Of a DNA stretch of 64,000 bases, positions 59,100-64,000 are shown piece after piece. The DNA is from a candidate division WOR-3 bacterium. GTDB lineage: Bacteria > Hydrothermota > Hydrothermia > LBFQ01. The position numbers and the translations under genes are program-made. The DNA is taken from contig JBDRWW010000001.1 of the NCBI GenBank assembly GCA_039802605.1, forward strand, positions 160,001 to 224,000, given 5' to 3'. The notes beneath the pieces were generated by a model that was not told the origin of the DNA, made no database searches, and worked only from the letters and a program-made list of their open reading frames with translations. The stretch's first letter is position 1, and each line of letters starts with the position of its first letter.

Positions 59100-59573
59100 A
59101 TGACGGAATTAAAAGTTGAAAAGGGTAAATATGTTAAGTTTGAATACGAGTTGTATTTGGCGGATAACGATCAACTCGTGGATGCGGGTGTTGTTGATTA
59201 TTGCCACGGCAACGGCGAGATATTTCCAAAGTTGGAACGGGCATTGGAAGGTGCTTCCGTTGGGGATATTCTGGATATAACCCTTTCCCCACAAGATGCG
59301 TTTGGGGAGTTTGATAGGGAACTCGTTAAGGAGATACCGCTGGATTATTTTGAGGATAAGGATGTTAAGCCCGGGCAAATTTTAAGGGCACAAACGGTTG
59401 ATGGTACGGTTTTTCAATTTACGGTTCTTGATGTTAAGGATAACATCGTATATGCGGATTTTAATCATCCATTAGCGGGTGAAACGGTTAGGTTTAAGAT
59501 AAGGATTTTGGAAATAAACGATGAAAAACCGGAAGGCGGATGTTGTTGCGGAGGAGGTTGCGGTTGCTCGTAA
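59100..59573 (+). CDS. slyD: FKBP-type PPIase SlyD with Cys-rich tail
   Basis: HG.GEIFPKLE.ALEG, P.DAFG, DFNHPLAG, tail GGCCCGGGCGCS. Confidence 0.94.
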   Translation: MTELKVEKGKYVKFEYELYLADNDQLVDAGVVDYCHGNGEIFPKLERALEGASVGDILDITLSPQDAFGEFDRELVKEIPLDYFEDKDVKPGQILRAQTVDGTVFQFTVLDVKDNIVYADFNHPLAGETVRFKIRILEINDEKPEGGCCCGGGCGCS

Positions 59574-60765
59574 AATAAGGCTGGAATTCCCATCGCTTAA
59601 AGAAAACGCGGTATATCTTGATTCCGGTGCTACCTCTTTAAAACCAAAAACGGTTATAGATGCCGTAAGGAAATACGAAGAGGAATTTCCGGCCAATGTG
59701 CATAGGGGGGCATACCCTTGGGCGGAAAGGGCTACGGAGGAGTATGAAAATGCGAGGAAAAAAGTTGCAAAACTTATAAACGCAAAGCCCGAAGAGGTTG
59801 TATTTACAAAAAATTGTACGGAAGCCCTGAACCTAGCGGCAAAGATTCTATCCGAATATGTTAAAGAAGGGGATAGGATAGTTGTAAGTATCCTTGAACA
59901 CCACGCGAATTTTTTGCCCTGGATGAGGTTGGCTAGGGAAAAGGGAGCGGAGTTTGTCGTGGTGGATATTACCCCCGAAGGTTTTCTGGATTTGGAAGAC
60001 CTCAAAAGGAAAATAACCCAAAACACAAAAATCGTAGCCATAACAATGGCTTCAAATGTATTGGGTACCATTCCCCCCATAAAAGAAGTGGTTAAACTCG
60101 CGAAGGATGTCGGGGCCTATGTTGTCCTCGATGGCGCTCAATACCTTCCACATCATCCCGTCAATGTGGGGAGCATAGGCGCGGATTTTGTGGGGTTTGC
60201 CGGGCATAAGATTTTTGGGCCATCCGGAACGGGTTTCCTTTGGGGTAAGTTGGAATTGCTTGAAAAGGGGGAACCTTTATTGGTTGGCGGTAGTATGATA
60301 AAGGAGGTTTATATAGACGATTATATAATGGCTGAAAGTCCGACAAGATACGAATCCGGAACGCCCAATATAGGAGGCGTGATAGGCTTGGGTGCGGCGG
60401 TTGATTTCATAAATTCCATAGGATACGATTTCATGGAAAGGTATGAAGCCAAACTCGTGGAATACCTTTACAACTCCCTTAAAAGCGTTAAAGGGGTTGA
60501 GGTTTATGGCCCAGAACCAAAGTACAGGACATCATTGGTTGCCTTTAATGTTAAGGGGATACACCCCCATGATGTGGCCTGGTATTTGGGTTTGGAGGGA
60601 ATAATGGTTAGATCGGGGGGGCATTGCGCCCACCCCTTACACCAAAGGTTAAAGATCCCCCACCACCAAAGCGTAAGGGCGAGTTTATCCGTTTTTAATA
60701 CGACGGAAGACATAGACAAACTTATTGAGGGTATTTTGAAGGCCAAAAAGGCCTTTAAAGTTTAA
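59521..60765 (+). CDS. sufS: Cysteine desulfurase, SufS type
   Basis: YLDSGATS.KP, ANVHRG, EHHAN..PW, AGHKIFGP.G, ESGTP, RSGGHCAHP. Confidence 0.95.
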   Translation: MKNRKADVVAEEVAVARKIRLEFPSLKENAVYLDSGATSLKPKTVIDAVRKYEEEFPANVHRGAYPWAERATEEYENARKKVAKLINAKPEEVVFTKNCTEALNLAAKILSEYVKEGDRIVVSILEHHANFLPWMRLAREKGAEFVVVDITPEGFLDLEDLKRKITQNTKIVAITMASNVLGTIPPIKEVVKLAKDVGAYVVLDGAQYLPHHPVNVGSIGADFVGFAGHKIFGPSGTGFLWGKLELLEKGEPLLVGGSMIKEVYIDDYIMAESPTRYESGTPNIGGVIGLGAAVDFINSIGYDFMERYEAKLVEYLYNSLKSVKGVEVYGPEPKYRTSLVAFNVKGIHPHDVAWYLGLEGIMVRSGGHCAHPLHQRLKIPHHQSVRASLSVFNTTEDIDKLIEGILKAKKAFKV

Positions 60766-60767
60766 GC

Positions 60768-63176
60768 CTATCTAATTACCCCAAACCATTTTTCAACCTT
60801 CTTATTATTTACGACTACCCTTAGAACATAAATATCCGGGGGCAAATCCGGCAAGGGGATTTCAACGGTATTTAACTTTTGGGTGGTAATCTCTTTGCCT
60901 AGAACCCTTGCCGCCCTTATGTTAAACACCTCTATTTTTACCTTAACATTTCCACCAGTTCCGTCATCGCCTATGAATATTTTAATTTTCCCGCTACCCT
61001 TAACGGGGTTGGGTATTACAAGAACATTCTTTGGATCCAGTAATGGGGGTTTGTTTAAAACTTTAAAGTTTGTTGAAGCCTTGGAAGAGGTTGTATAATC
61101 GTTATATGCCTCTACGGATACGGAATGTACTCCTGGACTCAGGTTGTCGGTTTTAACATAAACATAATCATAAGGAGATCCATCCAAATAAAACATACCT
61201 CCCCTTATCACGAATGCGGACGAGACTTGTGCTAGAACCAATACGCTATCCCCTATATAAGCGCTATCGGGTATAGTCCTTATAAAATCTATAAAAGCAT
61301 TTTCTCTCTTTTGTGTGATAAAGTAAAATGAATCCCTTCCGGCCCAATTTCCGACTACATCCTTTAAAGAATCAACTATAACCCAAACGGTGTCGCCGTA
61401 CGGTAGGGGATTTTTGGGGGATATCGTGATAATCTTTTGGGAGACCCAATTCTTGTTATATCCCGTAGAATCCAAAACGGTAGTATTGTACCTTATCCTT
61501 ATGGAATTTGGGTAAAATTCAACCGTATTCATGGGCTCGTTAAAGGTAATTTGAATATATGTAGCCGTTGAAACACCGGTTTGACCGTTTGCCGGATATG
61601 TATAAACTATATAAGGGCCCACGGTATCGTATATTTGCAGATAAAAGGAATCCCTTGAAGTGTTTCCGTAGAAGTCCGACGCATAAGCAAACATTTTATA
61701 AGTACCCTGTGGTAAATTTTCGGAGCTTATATGCACACATATGGTATCGGGGTTGGAGTAAGAACTTGAACCGTCGCAAGGCCTCAATGTAGCCCTTCTG
61801 TTATTGGCGCTATCCGTTATCCAAGCATCCAAAATGCCCGGTATAGCGGGGAAATCTCGAACGAAAACCCTTAAGGTATCGGTATAGGGTTGGTATATAA
61901 CAAGGGTATCAACATCCGTTGTATCGGAATCTATTAGGACCTTTACAATTGGCGGGGTTATATCCCCCAATGAGGAATAATATATTGCCGAATCCGGGTT
62001 TGATATTCCTACACCCCAAAGGTTTTTAATAAAAGTACCCACTTTTATTTTCACGGTATCACCGGCGTTGTAAGCGGTAATAAACATGTTTCTGTGCAAT
62101 GGGTTAAAGGTATCGGGAACTATTTTGAATCTTAAATTTCTGGGTAGGTTATTCACCCAAAACATAGTATCCCTGATACTTCTGGGGTCTATGGGTTGGT
62201 TAAAAATAACCACAATGCCCGCATTTGGAGGAACATCTGAACCGCTTGGGGGATTGAAGGATATTATAGAAGGTGGAGATCCGGGAGGTGGAACATAAAC
62301 ATCTTTGTATTTAAGCCCAACTTCGGAGGTATCTATGATGAATGTGCTATCCCCTGATAAGTCATAAACATAAAACCTATAAGCCGTTTTTATATCCCTG
62401 CTTTTAATTCCGAAGTTTCGAATAACCACCCACCTTACACTATCAATCCCGTCTATACTATCAATCCGTATGTTATAAGCCGTATCAACCCATCCGGTTG
62501 TTAGTTTTAATCTAAAAGCAATAGGGGTTAAAGTAGTCATTGTATCAGCCCTTATATCCAATACCCGTGAGTTTGTTTGTATAAATTTAATTGAATCGTT
62601 TCGCCCATCGTCATCAATGTCATCATTAAACATAACATAATTCATAATAGGCTTGTATATGCAGGTATCCAAAACGGGCCAACTATCGCTTGATGATAAA
62701 CCCTCCTTTACAAACCTCACACCATCAAAGGAATAAGGAACATTCTCTAATAAATCAACAATTCCATATACCATAGATGTATCAAGGATAACACCACGCA
62801 AGTGATTTGCCAAGGTATCCGGGCTTAGGGTATCTCCGATTATGGTGCTATCAACGAATTTCCATCGTAGGATATAACCAAATTTGTAGGTTTCCGGTAT
62901 CAAATAATTACACACCCCAAATGAAGATATAGTCGTAGAATACACCGAATACACACTATCCTTTATATAACCGGAACCCATTTTTCTACCGCTTATTCTA
63001 TAAACCCAATAATTTCCCGTTCCAACGCCTATGTATCCCAAGTCCCCCGAGCCCATTGGAGAGCCCGAAGGCCGTTTTATGGTTTTTATGCCCATATATT
63101 CGTGTTTAAGGTGGTCAAATATACTATCCAATTTTGCCAGATTTCCCAATATCCAAAAGGGTAAAAGCATATTCAT
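60768..63176 (-). CDS. Large secreted protein with Ig-like (Big_5-like) domains and T9SS-like tail
   Basis: P..G...V....I.V.FNQPID / I.FNEPM repeats; tail PNPV...IEVFNIRA...LPPDIYVLRV; SD AGGAGG. Confidence 0.78.
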   Translation of the reverse strand: MNMLLPFWILGNLAKLDSIFDHLKHEYMGIKTIKRPSGSPMGSGDLGYIGVGTGNYWVYRISGRKMGSGYIKDSVYSVYSTTISSFGVCNYLIPETYKFGYILRWKFVDSTIIGDTLSPDTLANHLRGVILDTSMVYGIVDLLENVPYSFDGVRFVKEGLSSSDSWPVLDTCIYKPIMNYVMFNDDIDDDGRNDSIKFIQTNSRVLDIRADTMTTLTPIAFRLKLTTGWVDTAYNIRIDSIDGIDSVRWVVIRNFGIKSRDIKTAYRFYVYDLSGDSTFIIDTSEVGLKYKDVYVPPPGSPPSIISFNPPSGSDVPPNAGIVVIFNQPIDPRSIRDTMFWVNNLPRNLRFKIVPDTFNPLHRNMFITAYNAGDTVKIKVGTFIKNLWGVGISNPDSAIYYSSLGDITPPIVKVLIDSDTTDVDTLVIYQPYTDTLRVFVRDFPAIPGILDAWITDSANNRRATLRPCDGSSSYSNPDTICVHISSENLPQGTYKMFAYASDFYGNTSRDSFYLQIYDTVGPYIVYTYPANGQTGVSTATYIQITFNEPMNTVEFYPNSIRIRYNTTVLDSTGYNKNWVSQKIITISPKNPLPYGDTVWVIVDSLKDVVGNWAGRDSFYFITQKRENAFIDFIRTIPDSAYIGDSVLVLAQVSSAFVIRGGMFYLDGSPYDYVYVKTDNLSPGVHSVSVEAYNDYTTSSKASTNFKVLNKPPLLDPKNVLVIPNPVKGSGKIKIFIGDDGTGGNVKVKIEVFNIRAARVLGKEITTQKLNTVEIPLPDLPPDIYVLRVVVNNKKVEKWFGVIR

Positions 63177-63186
63177 ACCTTACCTC

Positions 63187-64000
63187 CTACCTTTCAACGG
63201 CGTTTTTTAACCTAAAATAAACATTCCTATATTTCTCGTTATCCGGCTGCAATTCATATGCCCGTTTTATATATGCATAGGCTTTTATTACATCACCTTT
63301 TTGATAAGCCTCCAAGGATTTTATATAAAGGGATGCGGCATCCTCCTTTATCTGCTGTATAACCCAACTCAAAAGTGAAGCGGCCTCGCTATTGGGCTCA
63401 ACGCTTAGAACATTCTCCAAATAATATTTTGCTTCCACATACCCATTCTATATATACCCTCCTTTCGGATGGGGGTAATGTTTTAATAATTTTGAGAGCC
63501 TCTGAAATCATTCCCTTGTTTAGAAGGTTTTTTATGCGATCTTTCTTCTTTTGAATAACCTCCTCGTTGGCCTTCTGTTCGACGGATGTCCTTTCTCCCG
63601 CTTTTAACTTTCTTTGAATATCTTTTATTATCCTATCAACGGAGGTATCCTCGGGGAATTCCTCTTTCATAAGGTATGCCTCCGCAAGGGCATCGGAATG
63701 GAGTTTGTTTTTTAGTAATATGTTTATTCGGTTTAGGTATGCCTCTTTTTTGTTTTTCTTAATAACTTCCCTTAGACTATCAATTTTAAGGTCTATATCC
63801 TTATCGCCAGAAAATGCCCTTGCTATTTGAAGTTTCATTAAGGCTTCTTCCGGATTTGGTGTTTGAAGGGCTTGCTTTACGAGTTCATCCGCATAAGCCC
63901 GAGAACCTTTTTCCAACTCCTGTATTTTCTTTTCCAATTCCGTAATTCTCTTCTCGTGCTTCGCCAACATTTCTCCGTACTCTTCAAATCTCCTTTCAAA
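63187..64000 (-). CDS. TPR-like helical protein, 5' end outside the window, reading frame broken near 63440
   Basis: Frame is open from the window end to a stop at 63398; a second frame (EAKYYLENVLSVEPN...AYELQPDN) continues to 63187. Confidence 0.6.

Noticed and set aside
1..64000. CRISPR array, prophage, defence island or tmRNA near smpB
   Set aside because: No spaced direct repeats or cas, phage or defence motifs were recognised, and the intergenic gaps are too short. This was by eye only.

Overview
Gene-dense chromosomal window from a thermophilic Gram-negative bacterium. Evidence: E/K/I/V-rich proteins, TolC, MlaD, and several proteins with T9SS-like C-terminal tails. A WOR-3/FCB-related lineage is my inference only. 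The window holds about 70 mostly unlinked housekeeping genes (rimP-nusA-infB, smpB, mutS, nth, nfi, acs, folP, trmI, sufS, comEC, dprA and others), one tRNA-Ser(GCT), an IS1595-like N-terminal fragment and a decaying moaA-moaC-tauE cluster. I found no CRISPR array, rRNA or prophage. Five signals stand out. (1) About 37 gene starts have a TANAAT-type -10 box only 6-10 nt upstream and no Shine-Dalgarno, implying pervasive leaderless mRNAs; many are back-to-back divergent pairs and some are built into the upstream stop codon. (2) About 10 clearly exported proteins, including TolC, have only a 5-9 residue uncharged hydrophobic N-terminus instead of a normal signal peptide. (3) NusA carries a ~75 aa biotinyl/lipoyl-like (sandwich-barrel hybrid) insertion. 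(4) An HNH-like zinc miniprotein lacking catalytic residues is coupled to dprA. (5) Several genes look archaeal in origin. All family calls come from motif recognition by eye, not from database searches.
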